Assembly: GCA_003707115.1 (NCBI GenBank)
Contig: PPNB01000014.1
Coordinates: 124,001 to 188,000 of the forward strand
Source: Tortispora ganteri
Lineage: Eukaryota
Reading direction: 5' to 3'
Length of the DNA: 64,000 bases
The translations under genes and the position numbers were made by a program. Under the pieces are notes generated by a model. That model saw only the letters and a program-made list of their open reading frames with translations, ran no database searches and had not been told where the DNA came from. This document shows, piece by piece, positions 44,893 through 56,200 of this stretch; the stretch's first letter is position 1, and every line of letters starts with the position of its first letter.

Positions 44893-47403
44893 TCAATTAT
44901 CAAGATCCCTGGATGCTGATCGAGAATGTGCTCGGCGTGCATAGTATTTACCTAAATTTGTCGCTCTATTTTTGACTCTCGCAAACGAGCCCTGACGAGC
45001 TTCCTCTTCTTCTACAGGAATCTCGCCGTCCACAATATTCGCTTTCATTTCAAGAAGAATGCTTGCGATTTTCGGTTTGACCCGGGAATACTTCTTCATT
45101 CGAATATTGATGTCATTGTAATCGGAATCAGCAGATTGAAGTAGATCAACGCACTGGCGCAGCTCTAGGAATGTGGTAATAAGACTGTGTTCAATGTGGT
45201 TCTTCTCGCTCGCATCTTTGCTATCATCTAATCCATTTTCGTCGTCTTTCCGTTTCCCGTAAATAGACGTACCAGTTCCGGCACCTGCTTTAGAATGCTG
45301 ATCTGCTATATTTGCCACAAACTTCTCAATATATGTCAGATCTTGATCAAAGTTCATCAATGCAGCAGCAGTGATTCTTTTTCCTGAGTTTAGAAGCATT
45401 TTCAACAGCGAAGAGGCAAGGTGGTCAAAAGCATCAAAGTATATCAGACTTTTCACTTCTGTGGGAAGATTATTTAACGTGGAGTCTACCAGCGTCTCCA
45501 AGAAATTGACCATTTCAGTCAAATAGGTGCTGACAGTATCAGACCTTTGAGATACTGTCCAGTCGTACTCTGCAATATCCAAGAAATCATCCACTTTGGA
45601 GTTGACAAGCTCAAATACACGACTCTCAGCTTTCTTTCTTGTCTCTCTGAATGCCGCAACTGCTTTCAAAGGCACGCGACCAGAGCTGTATCCCGTAGTT
45701 TTGTCGCGCTGGAACTGCTTGATTTGGTACTGTCTCTTGATTTGAAATAGGTGTTGCTCAATTTGGCGAGCAGCATTGATAAAATACTCCAGGTTCACCA
45801 GTACCTGTACTATCTGTTCCCTGGATTCCAACAGCAACTGTTGCTCCAAGCTTTTGCATACAACGTTCATTAGAACATCGTCTACAGCATTTCTAAGCAC
45901 TTCCAAAAGGTCAGCAGTATTGCTGGTGATGCCGTAGTCTTCTAGAAAGACAGCATGATCATGAATAAAATTTCGCATTGATGCACAAGTGAGAGGATAC
46001 AGCTGCGAGAAAGGTAGAGGACGAGGAAATCCTGGTTTTAGCATACTCGGTGTAGGAGTATACCAAGAAACCGAACAGATGATATTCCACAGCTCGCTGT
46101 TGCTAACTACCATAGGCATGTAATCGTCTTCTCTGAGGTTTGCTTTAAAAGAATCTGCAAACTCCTTTTTAGCGGTAGAAGAATACTTTTCAAATAGCGC
46201 ATACAAGAAGTGATGAGTAGGAGAGGCGGAAAACCCGTAGTATTCTATCGTCTGGACGAATGTGCAGAATACTTCTCGGATATTAACGATAATTTTGGGG
46301 TCGCTTATCGACTGTAAGCTTGGTACAAGTACTGTGGTCATTCGCTGACAAGCAGTAACCCAAAAATCTTCCAAATCAGTCTGCGACCAGAAACCTCTCG
46401 TTTTTCTAGCGGTTTCGCGCTCGATTATCATGAACCCTGCAAGGGTCTCTAGATGAACACGTAGATCACTTGCGTCTGGTTCGCTTATGCTGAGGGTAGT
46501 AGGAAGAACAAACTGTCTCTGAAACTTTCTGTCGCTCTCGTAGATAGCGCGGAACTCTGAATTGAGTCCAAGAAGAGTATATATATGCAATGATTGTAAC
46601 AATGGAGTGAAGTCGACTGTATCTACAGGCAGTGATTCGTTGGATGCCGATGATTCCGAAAGAACATATTCCACGGATGAGTTGATCGCATATCCTTCCA
46701 ATGTCGGGTCACCTTTAACAATTTCAGCCAGTTCGGCCTTACGAACCTTTGTGTGAGCAAAAGCTCGTTTACCGAGACCCGGAGATATTTTGCGAGACTG
46801 ATTCAGCCATGCCCTCATAGACTTTAAAACGGTTTCACGTATAGCGTTTCTGAGCGCGGGAATAGATTTTGCTACTAGTCTGCCAAAAGAGTATTGTGAC
46901 ACTGAATCTAGATGGAGACTTTGCAAGTTGTTCAGTTCTTCTAATGCACCCGCGAACTGTTCTGATTCAACAAGATCTTCTGCCTGATTTAGCATATTGA
47001 GAACAGTTAAACAAGTTTTCAATGCTGTTTGCGCTTCTTCGAGCTTGTTGTGTACTTTCTTAGCTTCATATACCTGTTTACGCTTCTCTATAACGGGCAT
47101 TCCGCTATTCAGGATTAGATTTTCCACTTCGTTTACCTTTACATGTAAATCATTGCTAATATCACGCGCCTGGACCAATTTTGTAACCGCTTCCACGTAT
47201 TTCGGATAGTTCCCGTCCGATAGCGCTTGGATTTGGTCTTCGCGACTCGACACAATGAAGTCAAACGCTTTTAGCAGTCCAGATGCATTGTTTGCTGCAA
47301 TAGCATCCTTAAAGAGTGGAGCAAGCGTTTCTACCGATGCTGCAAAATCAGATTCAACAATACTAGCTCCAAGTGCCCGTTCTACTTGACTCTCAAAGCT
47401 CAT
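44893..47403 (-). CDS. SEC15: Exocyst subunit Sec15
   Basis: VDFTPLLQSLHIY, EDDYMPMVV, FPRPLPFSQLYP, IVQVLVNLEYF, LVNSKVDDFLDIAEYDW, SLIYFDAFDHLA, FLELRQCVDLL. First ATG at 47403. Confidence 0.93.
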   Translation of the reverse strand: MSFESQVERALGASIVESDFAASVETLAPLFKDAIAANNASGLLKAFDFIVSSREDQIQALSDGNYPKYVEAVTKLVQARDISNDLHVKVNEVENLILNSGMPVIEKRKQVYEAKKVHNKLEEAQTALKTCLTVLNMLNQAEDLVESEQFAGALEELNNLQSLHLDSVSQYSFGRLVAKSIPALRNAIRETVLKSMRAWLNQSRKISPGLGKRAFAHTKVRKAELAEIVKGDPTLEGYAINSSVEYVLSESSASNESLPVDTVDFTPLLQSLHIYTLLGLNSEFRAIYESDRKFQRQFVLPTTLSISEPDASDLRVHLETLAGFMIIERETARKTRGFWSQTDLEDFWVTACQRMTTVLVPSLQSISDPKIIVNIREVFCTFVQTIEYYGFSASPTHHFLYALFEKYSSTAKKEFADSFKANLREDDYMPMVVSNSELWNIICSVSWYTPTPSMLKPGFPRPLPFSQLYPLTCASMRNFIHDHAVFLEDYGITSNTADLLEVLRNAVDDVLMNVVCKSLEQQLLLESREQIVQVLVNLEYFINAARQIEQHLFQIKRQYQIKQFQRDKTTGYSSGRVPLKAVAAFRETRKKAESRVFELVNSKVDDFLDIAEYDWTVSQRSDTVSTYLTEMVNFLETLVDSTLNNLPTEVKSLIYFDAFDHLASSLLKMLLNSGKRITAAALMNFDQDLTYIEKFVANIADQHSKAGAGTGTSIYGKRKDDENGLDDSKDASEKNHIEHSLITTFLELRQCVDLLQSADSDYNDINIRMKKYSRVKPKIASILLEMKANIVDGEIPVEEEEARQGSFARVKNRATNLGKYYARRAHSRSASRDLDN

Positions 47404-47618
47404 AGCTTTCTGTTTCTGGTGCACCCTTTGGGAAGGATGTAAAGTAAGCGGGGGGGATGGTATTAAATGCAACAAAGGATCTTCCTCTGCCAACTCTGGC
47501 GCTAGTCACCAACTTCGCTCTCTGCCTCTACAAACAATAAGCCTGTACTTAGTCCATTTTCTCTGAAGGCTGCTTATATTTTGGCTCTATGATATTTAGC
47601 GGCAAATTCCTAGTCAGC

Positions 47619-47679
47619 GTAAACAATGACGGCACATTGAGTTCTGTCACGTGATACCCCAGCTAAGTTTCTTGTTTAC
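47619..47679. promoter_or_regulatory. Forkhead-like sites and E-box in the SEC15/mei2 divergent promoter
   Basis: GTAAACA 47619-47625 (overlapping HMG-like AACAATG), GTCACGTGA 47646-47654, TGTTTAC 47673-47679. Confidence 0.35.
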
Positions 47680-47771
47680 TTAGTGTGGCCCACAACCTGT
47701 CCAGAACCACCACAATACCAATAAAATACTGACAAATAACTTGTCCTATACCTATACCTATTCCTATACCC

Positions 47772-49376
47772 ATGAATCATCCAGAAGATAATTTACGTCC
47801 ACTTCCGCTGTTTAAGGATAGTACCAATACCACGTATGCTCCTAGCAATATATGGAGTGGTAGTTCTGCTTCGCGCAGACTAGAACTACCCTCATGGAGC
47901 TGTCAGCCTTCAAGAACGCTGTATGTAACGGGAATACCTAAAGATATTGATCCGATAGCAATTGTAGACTTTTTTCAGACTGGTGGAGATATGAACGGAT
48001 TTTATGGTCGCGATGTGTCTCTATCAGGCACAATTCTTGTTTCGTACTTTGATCTTTCTGATTCCATCAGAATGTTTACACGTTTGAAATCAGAAGATCT
48101 CTTTGGAGTTTCCGTATCTCCTTGTTTTTGTCCTCGTCAAAAAATTAAGCAGATAATTCCGGGCGGACGTGAAATGCATCTTGTGTTGATTAATCCAGCT
48201 GAAATTCGCATTGTCGTTGAGCATTACACTGCCGGATTCAATCTAACCCTTGCGGAACTACTCGCTACCATTGGTTCTGTCCGCACTTTCCATGAAACTA
48301 ATCCTGACAGTATTACTTCTGAATTTGTTTGTGAGTTCTTTGATGTTCGTTCTGCCGTATTTGCTTTGAAGGCGCTGAATAACAGTACCGTAAACAACTG
48401 CAAACTCGCTGTTTCCTACTACGAAGAGCCCAAAGAGTCTAGTATTACGGCCGATACAAGCGACATAGCACTCTTTGACGATATTCATGATGCCCAAAAT
48501 ACTTCTGCTGTTCAGTTACCGCAACTGACTTTTTCTAAGTCTACTATTTCTACGGTACCATCTATCACGAAATCCACTATGTCTTCGACTTATGCAGAGT
48601 TTGCTAGCAGCACAATAAAGGAAGAAAACGCCGATGAATGGCCGAGTACTGCCTCGAACGACGATTTTAGTCGTTCCATTCCTGAGATACCTATATCCAT
48701 AAAAAGACTATTTGGCGAAAACGTTAACCCTGCTGACGCACTACTTACCAACACGATAACGTCGAGCATATTTGAACGGCCCCCGCAGGTCTATTCGGGG
48801 AACATGAGTCCAGATCCTTCTTCTCTTGTGACTATGGCGGACGTTCCTGCTGCCAATAAGGTGGACCTTGAACGTATTGCTAACGGCATTGAGACTCGGA
48901 CTACTTTGATGCTGCGGAATATACCCAACAAAGTTGATCAACAAATGCTTAAAGATTATCTTGACGTTACAAACAAGAATACCTACAACTTTTTATATTT
49001 GCGCATAGACTTTACGAACAGATGTAACGTTGGTTATGCTTTTGTGAACTTCACTTCGGCGCGTCACATTATCACTTTCTGCCAGGCAAGAGTATCCACT
49101 AGATGGAATAGGTTTAACTCGTCGAAGATCTGTGATGTATCATTTGCTAATGTGCAGGGATACGAACAGCTAGTTGAGAAATTCCGAAACTCTAGCGTAA
49201 TGGACAGACCTGCTGCATACTGTCCGAAACTGTATTACACTACGGGACAGAATCAAGGACTTGAAAGGCCATTTCCGCCGCCTAATGATATGAGAAGAAA
49301 GATGAGGAGTATTACTAATGCCAATATGTTTGGTATGTTTCATAGTGGTTCTAGCAAAAGCAAGAAGAACCATTGA
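47772..49376 (+). CDS. mei2: Mei2-like RNA-binding protein (three RRMs)
   Basis: N-terminal RRMs (PSRTLYVTGIP; EFFDVRSA) and diagnostic RRM3 RTTLMLRNIPNK...YNFLYLRIDFTNRCNVGYAFVNF...FANVQG..LVEKFRNSSVM. Confidence 0.9.
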   Translation: MNHPEDNLRPLPLFKDSTNTTYAPSNIWSGSSASRRLELPSWSCQPSRTLYVTGIPKDIDPIAIVDFFQTGGDMNGFYGRDVSLSGTILVSYFDLSDSIRMFTRLKSEDLFGVSVSPCFCPRQKIKQIIPGGREMHLVLINPAEIRIVVEHYTAGFNLTLAELLATIGSVRTFHETNPDSITSEFVCEFFDVRSAVFALKALNNSTVNNCKLAVSYYEEPKESSITADTSDIALFDDIHDAQNTSAVQLPQLTFSKSTISTVPSITKSTMSSTYAEFASSTIKEENADEWPSTASNDDFSRSIPEIPISIKRLFGENVNPADALLTNTITSSIFERPPQVYSGNMSPDPSSLVTMADVPAANKVDLERIANGIETRTTLMLRNIPNKVDQQMLKDYLDVTNKNTYNFLYLRIDFTNRCNVGYAFVNFTSARHIITFCQARVSTRWNRFNSSKICDVSFANVQGYEQLVEKFRNSSVMDRPAAYCPKLYYTTGQNQGLERPFPPPNDMRRKMRSITNANMFGMFHSGSSKSKKNH

Positions 49377-49506
49377 GAAGAGTTGCTGGGAATCGTTGGG
49401 GAACTTCGCTTATTATGCTGCGATGTATTTTGCTTGAATAATTATGTTTTGTTATTTATATCCTGTAAATTTTATGGCGTAACAAAGAAACCATAATTTA
49501 CACCAA

Positions 49507-50574
49507 TTAGTTTTGATCGATGTTGAGGTCTTGCCATGTTCTTAAGAAGTCAACGATTCCTTCGCCTGTAGCGCTAGCGTCGACGATGTCCTTTGGTACC
49601 ATATGCCCTGAAAACTGTGTTGTGCCAAAATGTGCGGTTCGTGCACCACGGGGAACTAGACGAAAATCAGGTTCAATATCTGGATTAGTCGTGTCGATTT
49701 CCAACAGTTCCTGCCAGTTGAAGAGCAGGGGATCAGTTCGGGAGGCAAAAGGGTTGATGTCGATCAACCAGACACGGTTATACGGTTCAGGGATGTATAC
49801 GTCAAAGACGAAATTTTCACTCATAAAAGAATGCTGTAAATGATTTTCAAAGAACTCTTCAAGTTCAAACAAAAATGTGTCTTTCATAGGTTCAAGGAAC
49901 TCGTAGTAGTTCGGATCACGCTGTGAAATGGCAATAAGTTCTCTATGGCGAACAAAACATCTGAACTCCAGTGAGGGCACCACGTCAAACCATTGTCGCA
50001 ATACTAGCTCGTATGGAGGAGATTCAAAAGAATCATTCTTGTCGGTACATTCGTCATAAGGCATGTTCAAGTCGTGTGACACAAAGCTGGACGATTTCAA
50101 TATCAGATAAATGTCGCCAGCGTCTACGCACTTCAACGAGCGCGCACACATAATCCAGGCAGCATCTCGTGGTGACGACCAATTAAGCTTCGGGGTGACA
50201 GAGCCGCCTAATTCTTTAATGGTGGCGACAATTTGGTTGTGAAATTCTGGGAAAAGGATGTCAGGGGACTGATCGGCTGCAGTATCGTCAGTATCGGCTT
50301 CTGATTCGGAATCACTCCATTCGGCAGTCCTAGAAGCATTCGGAAGCACTATACCGTCGCTCTGAAGGTATTTAATGAACTCTTCAGGCGCGGGCTGCAA
50401 TATACGCGATTTTGGCGTGATGTGTCGATACTTTTCGTACCAATGTGAGTAGATGCAGTTGGCGACATCAGATCGAGTCAGATCAGGGAACCTCAAGAAC
50501 TCAGTTGTACTTCTAGAACTGCATTCTGACTCATCAGCAGACAGATCCGAGTGGTGTGGAATAGGAATCGCCAT
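49507..50574 (-). CDS. CDC123: eIF2 assembly factor Cdc123 (D123)
   Basis: NCIYSHWY, YLQSDGIVLP, PKLNWSSPRDAAWI, IYLILKSS, LEFRCFV, WLIDINPF...TDPLLFNW. First ATG at 50574. Confidence 0.93.
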   Translation of the reverse strand: MAIPIPHHSDLSADESECSSRSTTEFLRFPDLTRSDVANCIYSHWYEKYRHITPKSRILQPAPEEFIKYLQSDGIVLPNASRTAEWSDSESEADTDDTAADQSPDILFPEFHNQIVATIKELGGSVTPKLNWSSPRDAAWIMCARSLKCVDAGDIYLILKSSSFVSHDLNMPYDECTDKNDSFESPPYELVLRQWFDVVPSLEFRCFVRHRELIAISQRDPNYYEFLEPMKDTFLFELEEFFENHLQHSFMSENFVFDVYIPEPYNRVWLIDINPFASRTDPLLFNWQELLEIDTTNPDIEPDFRLVPRGARTAHFGTTQFSGHMVPKDIVDASATGEGIVDFLRTWQDLNIDQN

Positions 50575-53241
50575 CTCGTATTCAGTAAACACAAAATTAT
50601 ACACAGAAGTCAACTGCACGGCCTTCGAATTTGCGGATAAAAAACTGGGTCTTGTCACGTGACTCTGCGATAAGTTTAGGAAGCTACTTTAGTTACTGGT
50701 TTGGATTTATTTGAAGTTTTTCCGAATGGGATATTTCTTAATTACAGAATACAGTTAGTATAAAATCCAGTAGTTTAGACCGTAGCAGAGCCAACTGGTC
50801 GTGATAGGCTTCAAATAACGCCAAGTATAAGGTTCCGTTCTATTCTAGTCGCACCCTCGTGCATCTCTTGATAACTAAATTGAAATCACTATTTTAAGAG
50901 AATCGAGGCAACAGACTGAGCGCGTTTAGATACATTGAATATTGTAGAGTAAGTACGACAAATCAGTACAACAAGCTGAAGTAGCATTTTTATCTGGTTT
51001 TATAACTTTATTTACTTCTAACAGTTCGAATATTTTTATCGCAGTTTAACTCCGTTCAAAACTGATTCCAGCCATGTGGACACTGTAACATAGTGTATTA
51101 TTTCTGTATAGCTGCTCGTTTTGTTTCCTCTCTTTAAAACTATATATCTTAGGACTGGAGAAACGTAAAGATTAGGTGATTGGCTTGATTGGCTATGTGC
51201 CTGTCAGCCAAGCAGACGAACCGTTCAGAATTTCAGTAACCTTAATAGAGTTTTAGCCAAACTCCTCTTACTTAGCAGATGAATATATTCTTCTATGCGA
51301 TCTCGCTATTCGTGATCAGGACGAATGTGTTTTTATAAGAAAATAACTACTTTACTTAGAAAATACTAGCCCTTTAAACTGGATATAATCTGCTATTGGG
51401 CTAGGTGTGGTTATGAAAGAAAAACCAAGTTCCAGCAATGAATTCGTAGTATGCACGATTTTGAGCTATACAGATTTATTGATGACAAGACATACGCTGT
51501 ACTAGTAAACGCGGCACTAAAATGTTAACTATAAATATGGACGGTGCAAACAGAGAAAATTTGACTATTGACTTGTAGAGCTTACTCGATCTAGCGACTA
51601 CAGAAAGGAAGATTGTATATTAGCTGGTGCTTCTTTAAAGCGAAGAGCAAGTCAGGTTTCATGTTTTTCATATAATATGGCAAATTATAATGCACATGTT
51701 TGTTTGCACTGACTGTTTTAGCAATCACAACTGTAAGTATGGACTTCTAGGTCAGTGCTGTGTTTTTTGGATTCATATCTGCAAAGATATTTCAATTCGA
51801 GAACAATACTGAATCTGTGAAATAAGTTAACTAAGATGGGCAACTATCCAATTTTGTTTCAAACTACTTATACAGTATTATTCCGTTTTGTATATTGCTG
51901 CAAAATTGTTTATATTGATTCTTTAATTTATGTACACTCTGGTGTGTGTTCTATACTGCTATGTCCTGCTCCTGCAGATAGTAAGAATAGCATTGATGTA
52001 ATATTAACAAAATACTATATTCGATAGCTATAAATTTTGCTTATACGTAGCACGCAAATATGGTCTATATAACTATACAGGCAGTTGCATATTTCAGTTC
52101 AGCGTTTCCAAAAGGGTGGCAATACCAATATTTGCCTCAATGGTCTTTACTATCTGGTGGAAAGAGTCAATAATAAGCCTTGTTCGCCTACTGACTACGG
52201 CAAGACGGGCTCCACGCAGAAAGTATACGACTTCAGAATGAAAAAATATAAATCATAGAATGAGATATTATACACGTGCCGAAACAAATCAATTGACGCG
52301 ATCATAACAATAACACATTGTGTAAGCGGCACAGCGGCAGAAGTGATAAATGGGTATGGCATTCCAAACCGCCAAGTACTAACAAACACTAATAAAATTC
52401 ATGTTATATCTGAGTCAATAAGATAAAAATACTATGATTAATGTTAATGCCGACAGGGAACCAAAGCAAGTCCCTTTATCTTAGTATGATCTTGCGATCT
52501 TCCATCCCCACGCTACAATAGGTTTGTCGTTCGACTTTATTCTGTATTAAGGTTTTGTGTTAAAGAAAAACCTCGGCAAATGCTGCAAATATTGATCGAT
52601 TTGCCTTTAATAAATTTTGTTAAATTTTCTCGTAATATAGTATTATTGTATAGTTTTACTTTTATTGTAAGTTTAGTTTACTTTTGTTCTTATTTCGATC
52701 GCTTCAATTAAGTGAGTGTTTCCCTAAATTACTACGCAAAGAAATGCAACCGTAAGGATAAGTTTAAACTTGAAAGTTTGCTTGTAACCTAATATTACTC
52801 TTACGATCTTCATTCAGTGGCCTCATCTACCATGCCGTTACAGTTGACATTTTAAACTCTGTCTATTCTTATCACTGCGAACCCCCTTTATACTGCCAAA
52901 TGTATAGCCCATACGACCGCCCGTCTGTACCATTATTTTTGTTCATTTTAAATTGGCAAACAAAGGCAACCAATAACTTTTATACCATGTTGCCACATTT
53001 CGCTAGCCGCTTTTAGATCTAAATGAAAAGCCAGCTATGAATGACGAGATTTAGATTGACGCTCTTAAAAACCTTATTGTTATTATGGTTCAAGTTTTAG
53101 TGCAATCTGTAATGAACTGCGATTGAGGATCAAAATCTTATCTCTCTGCTGTCATTATGGACTATATTATATTATATTATCAACCTTTGCACTTTCATTT
53201 CGTTTTATATTACAATTCAGTTACACGGGTTGCTTCTACAA

Positions 53242-56200
53242 ATGGATCCTGAAAAGACCAACAAATTCCCACAAAATGAAGATGATAACTTTACTTCTAG
53301 TGTCGGTAAACTACTCTCTATCACCGTAAATGAAGATTCTTCTTCAAACAGTGTCAAATCTGAACAAGAGATTCTTAATTGCCAAATTCAAACCACACAT
53401 ACACGTGTTTCCTACATTGGCTTGATCAAACAGGGCGGACGTAAATGCGCTTTCCTCTATTTCATCACTTTTGCTCTCTCAGGTGCCGTGGGTATGACAT
53501 ATCCAGCCAGTTCATTAATATTTGGTGACACATCTAACGATATATTCAATTTCCTCTATAATACTATAACCGTTGAAGATTTTAAATCAGCTTACACATA
53601 TCACTCACTTTCGTTCCTCGTCCTCGCATGTGTCTCCTTAGCAGCCTTGTTCGCATGTTTCTTTTTGGGCCTAACAGTCGGCGAAGTAATAACTTCCAAG
53701 ATTAGAGTCAAGTACGTAAGAAGCCTATTCAATCAAAATTTTGCTTATCACGATGAGAATGGTATCGCTAGTCTCTCCTCGGTTATCCTCCATAACGCTG
53801 CTCTCATCCAGTCAGGCCTTTCCGACAAGTTCGTGTTTTTGACATACAATCTAGTTATAGTCCTAGGCTCTTTTGTCCTCTCCATGGCAGTCTCATGGCA
53901 GTTTGCTCTCATGCTATTTCCCGTCTATTTATTTATGATTCTGCTAACAGTTATTCTTGCACACTTCATGCGTAAGAACTCGCTTCTTTTGCGTACAGCT
54001 GAGCTTGAACTCAGCGCCTTGATTAACGAGGCCCTCACCTCTATCCCTGTCATCCACGCCTATGGACTAAGACACACGCTTATAAACAGAGTCAATGAGC
54101 TCTCACGTAATCTATATAAACGCAGAATTAAGGATGTCATCCTAGCTTCGCTTAATATGGGTTTCAGTATCTGCATATCCTACTTCATATTCGCTCTTGG
54201 GTTCTGGCTCGGCAGGAAACTCGCTGCCGATGACAAAATAAGCACTGACAATATGCTCTGCGTTTTACTTGTCATGTCTATGGGTGCCAACTCCATTTAT
54301 AAAATCACTTTCCTTGCCAGTAACATATCTGTTTGCACATCCGCGGCTGACCCACTCGTCAGCCTTATCAACAGACAGTCACCCGTACCGTCTTTGTCTC
54401 ATTCTGGCAAACAACTCGACTCTCTCGAAGGCCGAATTGAGTTCTGCAATATAAAATTTGCATACCCCTCTAGACAACATCACGTCGTCCTACCAAACTT
54501 TTCGCTAACTATCGAACCAGGATCTACTGTCGCGATCGTCGGACATTCTGGCTCAGGCAAGAGTACGCTCATCAACCTCATAGAACGTTACTACCTTCCG
54601 ATTTCTGGAACAATACTGCTTGATAACCATGATATTGCTGACCTTGATATTAGATGGCTGAGACGCCACATATCGCTGGTCACACAGGAACCAATGCTGT
54701 TCAGTGGCAGTATATTTGATAACATCGCTAAAGGACTTGATGATTCCTTTAAAAGCACAATATCTAGTGAAGAATTAGACCACTTAGTGCGCTCTGCTGC
54801 AGAAAAATGCAATGCTTTAGGGTTTATCACAAGTCTTCCTAACGGTTTTGACACTGATATCGGTCTTCATGGCGGCCAATTGTCTGGCGGTCAGCGGCAA
54901 CGAATATGTATTGCACGTGCAATTATTAGTAAACCTAAGATTTTGCTGCTGGATGAGGCTACTTCGGCTCTGGACGCTTCTTCTGAGAGCCTCGTCCAGG
55001 CGGCTATCGATAATGTTTCGAAATTATCTACGACACTTATGATCACGCACAGGCTCTCGTCCGTGAAGAACGCCGACCGAATTGTTGTTTTAAAAGGTGG
55101 CCACATTGTTGAGGACGGCACGCATGACGAACTGCTAGCTCGTGAAGGTGCATACTTCGATCTGGTGAACGCTCAGAGTTCCGACAGCGATACCATCTCT
55201 ATTGATGACATAGACATTAAGTTTCTTCGCAGACGGAGTTCGGTCGCTACACGCAGAAGCAGCTTTTTGGAACAGCCTACAATGGATATTGGTTTACCTG
55301 AAATACAAGAAGATACGCTGTCGCCTGCCATTAGCCATTCTATGTGGTCAGACATACGGTTTACTCTTTCTCTGCTGAAGCGTCACCGCTGGAAAGTATA
55401 CTCATCCTTAGCTCTAATGGTTGTATCTGGCTGTATTGCTCCGCTGTCAAGCATTGTATTTGGCTATGCAATGGATGAAATGCGCCAGTCGTTGTACTAT
55501 CCTGAACATGACGGGTTCCTCAACTTGACCTGCATACTCTATGTGGTTCTAGGTGCCATATGTCTTATAACACTGATGTATTCCATGTATAGCATGGCCT
55601 ACTGCGGCATCGAGTTTATAGAAAAAGCGCGTTCTAAGATCTTAGAGAATTTGCTGAGTTTGAACCTCAAGTTCTACGACCAAGCAAAGAACGACCCAAA
55701 TATCATCGCCGCCGATATAGCACAAGCTTGTGACAATATAAGGACACTGTTATGCTCGGCTATGTTTCGACTAGTTACTTCACTTGTTGCAATTTTCTTG
55801 TCGGTAGCTATATGTTTTGCATACTCCTGGAAGATGGCGCTTGTCAATTTTGCAGGTATCTTTATGGTACTCGTGTCGTCATCAGTGGCACTGACACAGC
55901 TTAGTAAAATCCATAAAAGAGCAAACTCTGTCTACAACAAGACTACATCAACTGTATGTGAGGCCTTGAAATCTCTGAAAATTGTCTGGTCGCTTGACTG
56001 TGCCATAGATATTGTGAAAACATACGAGTCTGACTTATGGACCTCCTTGAAAAGAAATGTATATGGCAATGCTATTATATCTATTGCAATGTCTTTTTCC
56101 TTAAGTTTCCGATACTTTCTTATGGCGGCAATGTTTTACTATGGCTGTGAACTAATATCACGTCACGAAATTGCAATGAACGAGTTCTACATTGCGCTTT

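Noticed and set aside
52195..52389. Minus-strand ORF containing CVIV near the ABCB gene as a possible a-factor precursor
   Set aside because: CVIV is internal and followed by Met rather than a stop, so there is no terminal CAAX.
50660..53240. meiRNA-like lncRNA (UNAAAC clusters), LTR or transposon remnant
   Set aside because: Only a few scattered TNAAAC hexamers; no terminal repeats, target duplications or transposase/RT traces were visible.
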